NCBI GenBank assembly: GCA_963731515.1
Contig: CAVSVU010000017.1
Coordinates: forward strand, 861,164 to 925,163
Origin: an uncultured Actinomycetes bacterium
GTDB lineage: Bacteria > Actinomycetota > Thermoleophilia > Gaiellales > JAICJC01
Length of the DNA stretch: 64,000 nt
Reading direction: 5' to 3'
The notes under the pieces were generated by a model. The model was not told where the DNA came from, did no database searches, and saw only the letters and a list, made by a program, of their open reading frames with translations. Of the stretch, positions 51,250-61,078 are shown in pieces. Position 1 is the stretch's first letter; the number at the start of each line of letters is the position of its first letter. Position numbers and translations under genes: made by a program.

Positions 51250-51431
51250 TTAGGCCTTCCCGTTCCCCTCGGCGAGGCGTCTCGGTGACAGTGACCAGCT
51301 TCGTCCTGTCAGCTAGCTGCAGCTGCCTCTAGTGAAGCGAGGTGGTCGGGGGTGAACGGGTGGTGTCGGGAGAGTGTCGGGCCTGCGGGCCGAAAGTGTT
51401 TGCATGAGTTCCGACCCCTAATCTGTTCGCG

Positions 51432-52271
51432 TTGCCCACCCGTGTCCCCAGCCGAGCCGACCGCGCCCTCGCCACGAAGCTACGCGAGGAGGGCTATGGC
51501 TGGGTGCGCGACACGCAGCTCCAGGGCTGGCGACGCGCCGGTGCGCTGCCCGAGGTCACGGTCGTCCGACCGGCGCGACGCGGCTCAGAGTCGGTGTACC
51601 CCGAGGGCACCCTCGACCAGGCCAGGGCGTTGTGCGCGTACCTGGAGCGCTACCGCGACCTTGATAAGGCCGTCGTGCTCTTGTGGTTGTCCGGCCACCC
51701 GATCGAGACCCGCGCCCTCCGGCGCGCGTTCAGACGTGGCCTAGGCTGGATGGACAAGACCATCGCCGCCCACCGCGTCAAAGGCATGAGCGACGACCAG
51801 CTCGCGAGCCGCGTCGCGCGCGCCATCGTCGCCAGCCCGAGGCGCACACACGACGACCAAGCCACTCGCCGGAAGGCGATCCAGACGGCCGGCGGGCGCC
51901 AAGAACTCGCCGACGTCTACAAGCAATTCGTGCTCCTCTACCTCGGCGCTCCGGTCGGGGCTGCCGGATTTCTCGGCGCAGTGCGCGCCGCCGGATGGAA
52001 CCTCCCAGCGACCGACCTGGCGGATGGCCCCCTCTCGCAGCGGCTTGACGAACTCCAGGCAGAACCCGGCGCCGCCGGCGGACTCGGCACCATGCTCCGC
52101 ACCCGAGTCCCCGGCATGACCGCCGAGGACTTCAACGGCCTCCGAGGATTCCTTAAAGGCATGTGCGAGTTCGCGGTTCAGGGCGGCGATAGCTTCGGCC
52201 TCCCGAACACGGGCTTCCTCACCGACTGCGCCCACGCTCTCGGCTACCACGACCCCGGGCACACCCGGTAG
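51432..52271 (+). CDS. Hypothetical protein with MerR-like N-terminal HTH
   Basis: LQGWRRAGALP..GSESVYP; directly upstream of cas1; TTG start uncertain. Confidence 0.6.
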   Translation: MPTRVPSRADRALATKLREEGYGWVRDTQLQGWRRAGALPEVTVVRPARRGSESVYPEGTLDQARALCAYLERYRDLDKAVVLLWLSGHPIETRALRRAFRRGLGWMDKTIAAHRVKGMSDDQLASRVARAIVASPRRTHDDQATRRKAIQTAGGRQELADVYKQFVLLYLGAPVGAAGFLGAVRAAGWNLPATDLADGPLSQRLDELQAEPGAAGGLGTMLRTRVPGMTAEDFNGLRGFLKGMCEFAVQGGDSFGLPNTGFLTDCAHALGYHDPGHTR

Positions 52272-52345
52272 AGTCGCTTCTACATTCAGCGGCCCGGCGA
52301 CGCGGCAACGTCCCGGGCCCGGCACCGGAACAACGGAGGTTCCAG

Positions 52346-53878
52346 ATGCCCGCCCAACCTAGCGCACCGCTGACCCACGACGACGCCGGGGCGCGCGCCC
52401 ACGAGAGCCGCTTCCCGGACAATGTGACGGGTGTTCGGGTCGTCGACGGGTACGGCGTCAAGATCTCGGTCAGGCGCCGCATGCTCGTCGTGGAGGACGG
52501 GATCGGCCGTCAGCGCCGACAGACGACGCATGCCCGGGCGACCTGCCCGTTCCGCCGACTGCTCATCCTCGGCCACACCGGCTACATCTCCCTCGAGGCC
52601 ATCCGCTGGTGCTGGGACCTCGGGATCGGCATCGTCCACATCGACGCCGACCGCAACCTCCTCCTGACCAGCGCCCGCCGCGACGTCGCCACCAACCGCC
52701 TACGCCGCGTACAAGCCTTCGCCCCATACACCGAGCTGGGCGTCGAGGCGGCTCGGCTCGTGATGCGATCGAAGCTGGCCGGCCAGCAGGACGTGGCGCG
52801 CAATCTGAGCGGCGGTTGTGGCGACGCTGCGGTATCGACGATCGGCGACGCCCTCAGGGCCGTCGAGGCCGCGTCCACGCTTGACGACGTGCTCGCTGCC
52901 GAGTCGACCGCGGCGTTCGCATACTGGGACACGTGGAGCCGGCTCCCACTCCGCTTCGCCAGTCGTGGCGGCCGCGAGGTGCCGGGTCACTGGGCCACGT
53001 TCGGAATCCGGTCGTCGCCGATCTCGGGGACACGCCGCCACGCAGCCACCCCCGCGAACGCGCTCCTGAATTACGCCTATGCCCTTCTTGAGGCGGAGAC
53101 CACGCTCGCACTTCACGCCTCGGGACTCGACCCTGCACTGGGGATCTGGCACCGCGATGAGGCTGGCCGCGACTCGCTCGCGCTGGATGTCATGGAGGCG
53201 GCACGCCCGGCCGCCGATCGTCTTGTCCTACGGCTCCTGACCGACGGCGCGTTGCGTCCACGCGACTTCTACGAGACCCGCCGGGGGGCGTGTCGTGTTC
53301 TCCCGCCGCTCTCGCACCACCTCGCCACCTGGATGTCCACACTCGCAGGCGCAATCGAGCCGACCGTGCTCCAGCTGGGTCGGCTGTTCGACCGCACCGT
53401 CGACGTGGAAGACGCCGGCGGCGTCCTGTTTGCGCGGCCTCGACGCTCCGAGCATCGGCGAGCGTCGGTACGGAGCACCTGGCCGGGCCAACACGTCATC
53501 CGGGCCTGCCGGGTGTGCGGCGTCGTTCTCCCGGTCGGATCCCGAGACGCCCACTGCGAGAACTGCGCGCCGCACCGCCCGCCAAGCGCCGACGCCGCGC
53601 ACCGCGACGCCGGTGCCCGCGTCACTCAAGCCCGGCGTGACAGTATCCGCCGTCAGCGTGTCGCGGCACTCGAATGGGATCGCCACAACACCCGACCCAA
53701 CCCGGCCATCTTCCAGGTCGAGATCCTGCCGCACCTCCAGGGCATCAGCTACTCGGCGCTAGCACGAGCAACCGGACTCAGCCGCCGCTATACGAAACTG
53801 ATAGCGACCGGCCAGGCGACCCCACACCCGATGCATTGGGCCGCGTTCCGATCCGCGGGCCAGGCGCGCAGCATCTGA
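52346..53878 (+). CDS. cas1: Stand-alone Cas1 (casposase) with C-terminal Zn finger and HTH
   Basis: ISLEAIRWC, AESTAAFAYW (E), NALLNYAYALL, GLDPALGIWH (H), SLALDVMEAARP (D/E), then CRVC..CENC and an HTH; GGAGG RBS. Confidence 0.93.
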   Translation: MPAQPSAPLTHDDAGARAHESRFPDNVTGVRVVDGYGVKISVRRRMLVVEDGIGRQRRQTTHARATCPFRRLLILGHTGYISLEAIRWCWDLGIGIVHIDADRNLLLTSARRDVATNRLRRVQAFAPYTELGVEAARLVMRSKLAGQQDVARNLSGGCGDAAVSTIGDALRAVEAASTLDDVLAAESTAAFAYWDTWSRLPLRFASRGGREVPGHWATFGIRSSPISGTRRHAATPANALLNYAYALLEAETTLALHASGLDPALGIWHRDEAGRDSLALDVMEAARPAADRLVLRLLTDGALRPRDFYETRRGACRVLPPLSHHLATWMSTLAGAIEPTVLQLGRLFDRTVDVEDAGGVLFARPRRSEHRRASVRSTWPGQHVIRACRVCGVVLPVGSRDAHCENCAPHRPPSADAAHRDAGARVTQARRDSIRRQRVAALEWDRHNTRPNPAIFQVEILPHLQGISYSALARATGLSRRYTKLIATGQATPHPMHWAAFRSAGQARSI

Positions 53879-54064
53879 CTCGAGACGAACTCGACGGCCG
53901 AGGGTCACGGATTGGGGATTCCTACGTCAGACTGTCCATGCCGCGGCTCCTTGGGAGTTGAAGGCCGAGTTCTGCGCCGAAAGGACAACCGCGTGCTGAG
54001 CCGAAGACTCCGAGCGGACCAGCCGTCGTGATCGACACAACCTGTCTACGGAAAGGGGAACAAC

Positions 54065-54517
54065 TTGAGGCGCGCTCTGATTGTCACCACGGTAGCCTTG
54101 GCGATGAGCATCGCGACCGTAAATTCAGCCGAAGCCGCTCCGAAGTGGCCAGCCCGTTGCACGACGTGGAAATGTGTGAACGCCCACCTGAACAGCCTGC
54201 ACGCGACGGTCCTGGCGCAGAAGACCAGAATCACGAAGGTGAACACAAACCTCAACGGATTTTTCGGCTGTCTGTACGAAGCCCCAGTGACCGAGTATGG
54301 CGACCCCTCAGGGACATTCGGATATCTGTGGACGGACGATGGCAACCCGGCAGACGCCTATGCCACCAGCGGGTTCGACTACACAAATAGCGGCAATATC
54401 CCAGACTTCTGGGCCTTCGTCGACAATTGCAGTCGCAACACTCCAGCTCGGGTCGGGCAGCAGACCCTGAGTCGGGGCGGATACTCCACGCATCTGCTCG
54501 CCGGCTCGCGCAGGTAA
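54065..54517 (+). CDS. Secreted hypothetical protein (4 Cys)
   Basis: Signal peptide ending AEA; AAGGGGAA RBS-like sequence. Confidence 0.7.
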   Translation: MRRALIVTTVALAMSIATVNSAEAAPKWPARCTTWKCVNAHLNSLHATVLAQKTRITKVNTNLNGFFGCLYEAPVTEYGDPSGTFGYLWTDDGNPADAYATSGFDYTNSGNIPDFWAFVDNCSRNTPARVGQQTLSRGGYSTHLLAGSRR

Positions 54518-54540
54518 CCGACCCCGCGCGCACAAACGGT

Positions 54541-54571
54541 GCGGCCACCGGGTAGCACACTCGGTGGCCGC
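54541..54571. terminator. 10-bp-stem hairpin between convergent genes
   Basis: GCGGCCACCG-N11-CGGTGGCCGC. Confidence 0.45.
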
Positions 54572-54685
54572 TACGTGCGCTTGCAGCGCCACGGTTTTCC
54601 ACCGGCATCGCCGTCGCGTTGATCGCGGACGGCCGGACCCCGCAAGGGGCGGCGCTTCGCCGGGTAGGTGCGGATACCGTTCAGG

Positions 54686-55120
54686 TCAGCAGACCTTGTA
54701 GCCGAGTGATGTCCCCTTGTACGCGCAGCTGTCGCGGATGGTGCCTGTGCGCTTGACGAGCGTCGCCTTGTCGCCGGTGTTGTTCCAGATGTAGTTGCCC
54801 GATCGCCAGTAGAGGTTCGCCGCGGCGTTGGTGCCCGAGCCGGTGTGAACTCGAACGGAGCAGCCGCCACACAGCGAGAACTTGGGGAACGTGAAGCGGT
54901 GGTGTGACTGGTCATGCAGCCGCCACCCAGTCAGCGCCTTGGCGCGCTTGCCGTTGTTGTGGACGGTCACCCACTCCTTGTTCAGGCTGAGATTGGATCC
55001 TGTATCTGGGCCAGGCGGGTTGTAGCGGACGAACGAGATCAGGATCTCCGCACTTGCGACCGAGGGGAATCCGAGCAAGAAGACGACCACGAGCGGGACG
55101 ACGAGCCGACGCACGACCAT
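54686..55120 (-). CDS. Secreted lamin-tail-domain (LTD) protein
   Basis: Signal peptide, YNPPGPD..EWVTVHN..LTGWRL..FTFP..VHTGSG..IWNNTGD. Confidence 0.85.
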   Translation of the reverse strand: MVVRRLVVPLVVVFLLGFPSVASAEILISFVRYNPPGPDTGSNLSLNKEWVTVHNNGKRAKALTGWRLHDQSHHRFTFPKFSLCGGCSVRVHTGSGTNAAANLYWRSGNYIWNNTGDKATLVKRTGTIRDSCAYKGTSLGYKVC

Positions 55121-55239
55121 GCTACGCACCTCCCGAGGTGACGAGGGATCGCCAGACCGTAGCTCACCCGAATGGGGCACGCCACCTCGCGATCCCACTC
55201 CTAGGATCGCGGCTGTCCCGACCGACGGAGAGGTGATCG

Positions 55240-55617
55240 GTGCCGCTGTTCAACAAGCAGACTGAAGAAGACAAGCAAGCCGACCGCCGACGTAAAGAGC
55301 AGGAGAAGGCGGAACGCGCCGTCCAGGAGGCCGCCGCCCGGCAACTCGAGGAGGAGCGTAACGCAGCCGAGCAGGCAGCCTACGCGACCTATCTCGCGGC
55401 GATCCCCAAGTTCGAATACGAGGTGCTTACCCTCTCCTCCACCATCTGGGCCAGCGCCGGCAAGTTCGACGGCAGTGGCCTCCAAGAGACCCTCAATCAG
55501 CACGCCGCCGAAGGGTGGCGGGTTATCGAGATCGCCATGAGCGGCAAAATCGAGAAAGCGTTCAGCGCCGACCGAAACGACATGTACGTCGTCTTCGAGC
55601 GGCCGGGCCGCCGCTGA
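55240..55617 (+). CDS. DUF4177-like protein
   Basis: Coiled-coil N-terminus, FEYEV..LNQHAAEGWRV..VFERP. Confidence 0.75.
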   Translation: MPLFNKQTEEDKQADRRRKEQEKAERAVQEAAARQLEEERNAAEQAAYATYLAAIPKFEYEVLTLSSTIWASAGKFDGSGLQETLNQHAAEGWRVIEIAMSGKIEKAFSADRNDMYVVFERPGRR

Positions 55618-55623
55618 TGCCGG

Positions 55624-55863
55624 GTGTGCGGTCAAGCCCGAGCATGTCAGCGCGTCCTTTACGTCAGCCTGGTATTGCTGCTCACCGTAGCGGCGCTTCT
55701 CTTGAGCGCCTGTGGGACACAAGCACACGGGTTCTGTGCCAAGCACGCATGTATCGCCAACTTCTCCAACGGCAGCGGGTACGTCGTCCAATGCCAAGAT
55801 GGGATGTGGAGCCACTCCGGAGGTCGACCCGGCGCCTGCTCGGGTCACGGAGGAGAACGATAA
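55624..55863 (+). CDS. Small Cys-rich lipoprotein (DUF3761-like C-terminus)
   Basis: LLLSAC lipobox, CQDG..SHS..GACSGHGG; start uncertain. Confidence 0.6.
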   Translation: MCGQARACQRVLYVSLVLLLTVAALLLSACGTQAHGFCAKHACIANFSNGSGYVVQCQDGMWSHSGGRPGACSGHGGER

Positions 55864-55989
55864 AACGGGCGATCGACCGTCGGACGTCCCCAAACCGGGG
55901 ATGCGGACCGGATCGCCGCAATCCGCATGGCCCACCTGGCCGAGCGCGGCGGATGGCGGCGTGGTCGTTCCTCGAGGTAGGATCGGTGC

Positions 55990-58900
55990 GTGGCAGTGGA
56001 GCTTGATGCGGGGCAGGCGAGAAGGTTCCAGAGCCTGGTGGCCTCCGCGGAGTTTGAGAGTGAGGAGCGCGCGTACAAGGTCGCTCTCCACGAGGTGCTT
56101 CTAAGGATCCTCGACCCTGGCGCCCTGGATCAGCCCGAGTCAGCCCAACGCCTTGCTGATTTCTTCCGCGACCGGCTTGACCTGGCCGAGCTCGGGTTCT
56201 CAAGCGAGGATGCTGATGCGATCGGGTCGGCTGCAGCCCCTCTTGGGGGGATACGTGGCGCCTTCGCGAACCTTTGCGGGGGGCGGTGGGGCGTCAATAA
56301 CTTCGTCTGGATTCCAGGCGCGATCGACGCTGGCCTTGGACAGCCGACTCTTGAGGCGTTCGCGCGCCTCGTCGACGAGGGCCGGCCGCTCGCTGATCGG
56401 GTCGACCAGTTCCGTGTCGATCTCCGTGAGGTCGAGGAGCGAGCCGCTGGTGGATCGGGGTGGCAGGAGCAGTGGCATGTCATCGATATCCAGCTGGCGT
56501 TCGTCGCGGCGCTCCTAGGAGCGTTGGATCCGCAGCGCTACACCTTCTACCAAGCGACTCTCCTTCGGGAGGCAGTCGAGCGGTACGGCGGTGAATGGCC
56601 CAAGGGCAGCGCGGGGACGCGGTACGCGGCGATTTGTGAGTTCGTCCAGGCTGTCCGGTTTCAACTCGAGCAGCACGGCGCGTCGACAAGGGACTTGATC
56701 GATGTCCAGAGCTTCCTCTTTCTCACAACTCAGGAAGGCAGGGGTGAGGAGCGGACGCCACGTGTCTGGATCGTCCGCGCCGGTCAGCACGGAGAAGGCG
56801 AAGAGGTCGCGCTCAGCAACGACGCCGCAGTCATTGGCTGGCGCGAGCTGCCAGATCTAAGCGGCTATCCGGATTTCCCCGCCATCAAGGCCCTGTACAC
56901 CGAGCAGTTCCCGACGGACTCGCCGCAGACAATCAGCAAGCAGGCGTCCCAGATCGATCGGTTCGTCCATGAGTTGCGCGTCGGAGACTTCGTGCTGCTC
57001 CCGCGGGTTCTGGAGCCTGAAGTTGTTGCTGTGGGTGAGGTCGTCGGTGACTACGAGTACCACCCGGAAGCACCGTTCTTCGACGCCGACGCAGTTCACA
57101 CACGTCCCGTCGACTGGTTGGACACCGCCGTGCCGCGGTCATCCTTCGATCGCGAGTTGCGCGGCCGGCTCGGCCTCACCGGGACGGTCGCCCAAATCCA
57201 CCTCTCAGACACCTCCGACCGGGTCCGCAGAGCGCTCGGCGAACCGAGCACGGAGCAGCAATCGGGGGTGAGTTACTGGTGGGTCAACCAGGGCAAGTCT
57301 TTTGACCGCTCGCGAACAGGTGGCTACCTGTGGGCGCCCCGCGAAGGCGCCGGTGGCCGCCAATTCGCCCACTGGCTCAACATGACCAAGGTCGCCGTCG
57401 GCGACATCGTCCTCCACTATTCGAGCGGCTATCTCCGTGCCGTCGGCCGCGTCACTCACGAAGCCGTCGAAGCGGACCGCCCAACTTCTCAAGACCTGCA
57501 GTGGGACGAGCGAGGCTGGGTCGTTCAACTTGACTACCTGGATCTCGACCCCACGATCCCGCTGGAGACGATCCCGGTGGAATGGCGAGAATCTGAACGA
57601 GGCCCGTTTGCCCGCACTGGCCAAGTTAATCAGGGCTATCTGTTCCCGCTCTCGACGGCGTTCGCCGAGCAGCTCGCGGGACGCTTCCCCCAGGTGCAGG
57701 CCGCGTTCGACGAAGCTGATGGCGCACCACGACGAGCCCACCTGTGGTGCATCTACGCCGGCCGTGGCGTCGCGGCGAACCTCGACATAGGACGCAAAGC
57801 CGGCGTCTGGGGCGTCCGCAAGCCCGACCGACTCCGAGACCTTCACCAGGGCGACGAGGTGCTCCTGGTGCACGACCTGACCAGCGACGTCAGCCCCGCA
57901 CCGCCCGGGTTTCCACGCGTGGGACTCCAAGATTTCCACGGCGTCGCAACGGCAGTGCTCCGTGCCACCATCACCGGCGAACCATTCACCGACGACACGC
58001 CGATCTGGCCCGACGCCACGTACCCGGATCGATTCCGTTTCACCGAGCAGTCGTTCGACCACCAAGTCCCCGTCGACGAACACCACCTCGAGACCGATGT
58101 CCTGGATGCGATCCGCCGATCAGCCCTCGACGGGGGATGTCCGATCTTGGCGGGATCACTCCCCGACCTACCAGCTGGGTACGTCGAGCCGGAGTTCGAG
58201 ACGATCGAAGCGCAGATCAAGGCTGAGGGCCTTGAGATGTCGCCGCAAACGCTGCGCCGCTACCACCTCTCCCTGAAGACGCGCGGCTTCGTGATCCTGT
58301 CCGGGCTCAGCGGCAGCGGCAAGACGTGGCTCAGCCAGGCCTACGCCAACGCGGTCGAGGCCCGACCGCTGCTGGTCGCGGTCGCGCCCAACTGGACGAC
58401 GAACGAGGACCTGCTCGGCTACTGCAACCCGCTCGACCAGACAGCTATGTGGACACCCAGTTCAGCGCGTTCCTCCGCGAGGCGGCACGCGAACACGAAC
58501 AGGCTGCGCTCCACGAGCGCGCCGCGTTCCCGTATCACCTGATCCTGGACGAGATGAACCTCGCGCGCGTCGAGTACTACTTCGCGAAGTTCCTCTCGGA
58601 CGATGGAGGTCCGCGCCCGCGGCGACGACGCGTACGATCGAGCTCGCGCCGGGCGAGCACGTGCGACTGCCGCCGAATCTGTACGTTCATCGGCACGGTC
58701 AACGTCGACGAGACGACGCACGGCTTCGCCGACAAGGTCTACGACCGCGCCCAGCTGCTCGAGCTGACCATCACCGAGGACGACATCAACAAGCACCTCG
58801 GCGAGCGTCGACTACGCCGAGGCCGTGCTCGCGGTCTGGAAGGCCGTCCACGACCTCGCGCCGTTCGCCTACCGGACTCTTGACGAGATCACCGCCTACA

Positions 58901-59115
58901 TCACCCAAGCCGAGCTCATGAAGGTGCCCTGGCAGGAAGCGCTCGACGAGCAGCTCGTCCAGAAGGTCCTGCCGAAGCTGAAGGGTGCCAATCCGGATAT
59001 CAAGACGGTGCTCGAACGCCTCATCGAGGTATGCGCCGAGTACCCTCTCACCAGGACGAAGGCGCAGCGGATGCTCGACGACTACCGCCGGTATGGGTTC
59101 ACCTCCTACTTCTAG
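55990..59115 (+). CDS. mcrB: McrB-like AAA+ GTPase with three EVE/PUA-like domains (several indels at 58440-58810)
   Basis: GLSGSGKT, VAPNWT, LILDEMNLARVEYYFA, GTVNVDETT, QKVLPKL; ends GFTSYF-TAG. Confidence 0.88.
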
Positions 59116-60781
59116 CCTCCGCTTCCGCAACCAGGACGGAGCCGACCTGGCCACGCCGGAGGAGTGGGTTGAATGCTGGCTCCAAATCCCCGTCGATCGC
59201 GACCGGGTCGACGAGGTCGTCGTCCGCCGGCAAGGACAACAACTCCCCGTGCTCGTTCGAAGGCTTGGCGATGAGTGGGTCGTCGTCTCACAGTGGCCGC
59301 GATCGTCAACGGGCACTTACCTCGTCGAAGCGGCTACGGAGAACCAGACATGGCAGACGACCGTCACGATTGAGCCCCAGAAGATCACGCCCGCCGCGTA
59401 CCGTCGACTCGTCGACGATCTCCAACTCGACCTTCCCGCGGCCGTCGCGATCGCGCTTCAACAATGCGGCGCTCTCACCGGCGTCGAGATTCTCCCGCCC
59501 CAAGATGCCACCGTCGAGGCCGAACTTCTCCGCCTCCGAAGAGCCATCACCGGATCCGAAGAGCGCCCCGGACTCGCGACGCTCCTTCCTCAAATCGCCA
59601 GCGACCCACATGAGCAACTCGTCCACGACGAGGTCTGGGTCGACCGTGCGCGCGTCCGCCGCCTGCGCCCCGGCGGGCTAGTCGCCGCCGTCGCCAAACC
59701 CAACAACCTCGACGACGACCACAGGCCCAAGCGTGCTCCCGACGCCCGAGTCATCCACACCGTCGATGTCTACGAGAACCGCCTGCTTGACGTCTACGAA
59801 CGGCAAGTCGAGCTGCGCTTGCTGCGCATTCTCCGTGCACACTCAACTCCGGCGGACGCTCGGCGCGAGGCACACGACCTGCTGCACGCGCTCACCATCG
59901 CCCGCCGCCAGGCCAGCTTCCTCGACCAAGTCACACGCCCCGCCACACTCACCGCCCGCGTCACGATGGTGCTGCTCAGACGCCCCGCATACCGCGCCAT
60001 GTTCGAGGGATACCTGGAGCTGCACCGGGCAGTCCGTGTCCGACTCGACCATCCCGCGCTCGAATCCCCACTTGAAAACCTCCCAGCGCTCTACCAGCTC
60101 TGGGGCACCCTCCGAATCATCGCATCAACCATCCGAGTCGCAGCGACCCACGGATACGCCGTCGATGAGCGCCAGCTGGTCAGGCACGACACGGAGGGCC
60201 TCTTCATCCAGATAGCCCCTGACGGAAAGCCCGCGGTCACCCTCCACGACCCTGAGACCGGCATGCGCGTCACCCTCACGCCCGAGCGGAGCTTCACCCG
60301 CGCATCCCACCCGATCCGATCCGTCTCCTTCAAGCAACGACCCGACATCGTCATCGAATTCCAGGCCACAGGTTCCGCTGAACCGAGGCTGGTGGTGTTC
60401 GACCCCAAGTACAAGCTCGATAGCGAGCTCGGACTGTCCGACCCAGCCGAAACCGATGGTTCGCTGGAGCCCGTTCCAGCCGGACGTCCGAAGAAGGTCG
60501 ACATCGACAAGATGCACGCCTACCGCGACGCCATCCGCGGGCCCGCAGGCACCAGAGTCGTCGACTACGCCGCCATCCTCTACCCAGGCACAACCGTCGA
60601 ATATGGAAACGGTGTCGCAGCTGTCCACGCGTACCCCGGGGCGGCCGCAACCCTGGATCAACACGTCGAGCAACTCCTGGCGAACCACCTTCGGGGCGCG
60701 ACGCCTGGTGGCGAACGGTCACCCGCGGGCAATCATCCGAGAAACTGCGCTGTGGGCGGGCCCCCGATTTCACAGACGTGA
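59093..60781 (+). CDS. mcrC: McrC-like DUF2357 + PD-(D/E)xK nuclease
   Basis: VDVYENRL, LYQLWG, RPDIV, FDPKYK, DIDKMHAYRDAI; overlaps the mcrB stop. Confidence 0.88.
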   Translation: MGSPPTSSLRFRNQDGADLATPEEWVECWLQIPVDRDRVDEVVVRRQGQQLPVLVRRLGDEWVVVSQWPRSSTGTYLVEAATENQTWQTTVTIEPQKITPAAYRRLVDDLQLDLPAAVAIALQQCGALTGVEILPPQDATVEAELLRLRRAITGSEERPGLATLLPQIASDPHEQLVHDEVWVDRARVRRLRPGGLVAAVAKPNNLDDDHRPKRAPDARVIHTVDVYENRLLDVYERQVELRLLRILRAHSTPADARREAHDLLHALTIARRQASFLDQVTRPATLTARVTMVLLRRPAYRAMFEGYLELHRAVRVRLDHPALESPLENLPALYQLWGTLRIIASTIRVAATHGYAVDERQLVRHDTEGLFIQIAPDGKPAVTLHDPETGMRVTLTPERSFTRASHPIRSVSFKQRPDIVIEFQATGSAEPRLVVFDPKYKLDSELGLSDPAETDGSLEPVPAGRPKKVDIDKMHAYRDAIRGPAGTRVVDYAAILYPGTTVEYGNGVAAVHAYPGAAATLDQHVEQLLANHLRGATPGGERSPAGNHPRNCAVGGPPISQT

Positions 60782-61078
60782 GCCGCGATCAGGTCATTCT
60801 CCCATTCCAGCAGCCCGCGAGCGCTCGCCTCGGGGAGTGCGATCCACGACACACGGAGCCGGCTCGGTGTTCCAAGCGCAGCCGCCTGCCGGTGCGCCCC
60901 TCCCGCTGCCCGCACGAAATGGGTCTTCACCCGAGTTCGGATCACTCCCTTTCCTACATAGACAAGCGCACCGCCGCACCCGATACAGCCCCGGAGATCT
61001 TACGTCTGGAAGACTCCCACGGTCGCCTGCCCGAATGGGGAGCGAGAACCACGACGACCAAACAGGTTCGGCTGGCAT
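60733..61078 (-). CDS. GIY-YIG-like nuclease (frameshift near 60975)
   Basis: WSSW..PGLYRVR joined to LVYVGKG..RTRVKTH..LLEWENDLIAAH..PTAQFLG. Confidence 0.6.

Noticed and set aside
53228-53762. Extra ORFs antisense to or overlapping the cas1 tail
   Set aside because: No recognisable motifs; they overlap a well-supported gene.
52346-54064. CRISPR-Cas locus suggested by cas1
   Set aside because: No repeat-spacer array, cas2 or effector genes in the window; the PolB/HNH context and Zn-finger/HTH tail fit a casposase.
46476-54064. Terminal inverted repeats tightly flanking the PolB-Cas1 core
   Set aside because: By-eye comparison of 46,476-46,695 with the reverse complement of 53,879-54,064 and later spacers gave at most a 7-bp match (CCCTCGG). 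The 43,853 junction sequence also has no inverted copy in the window.
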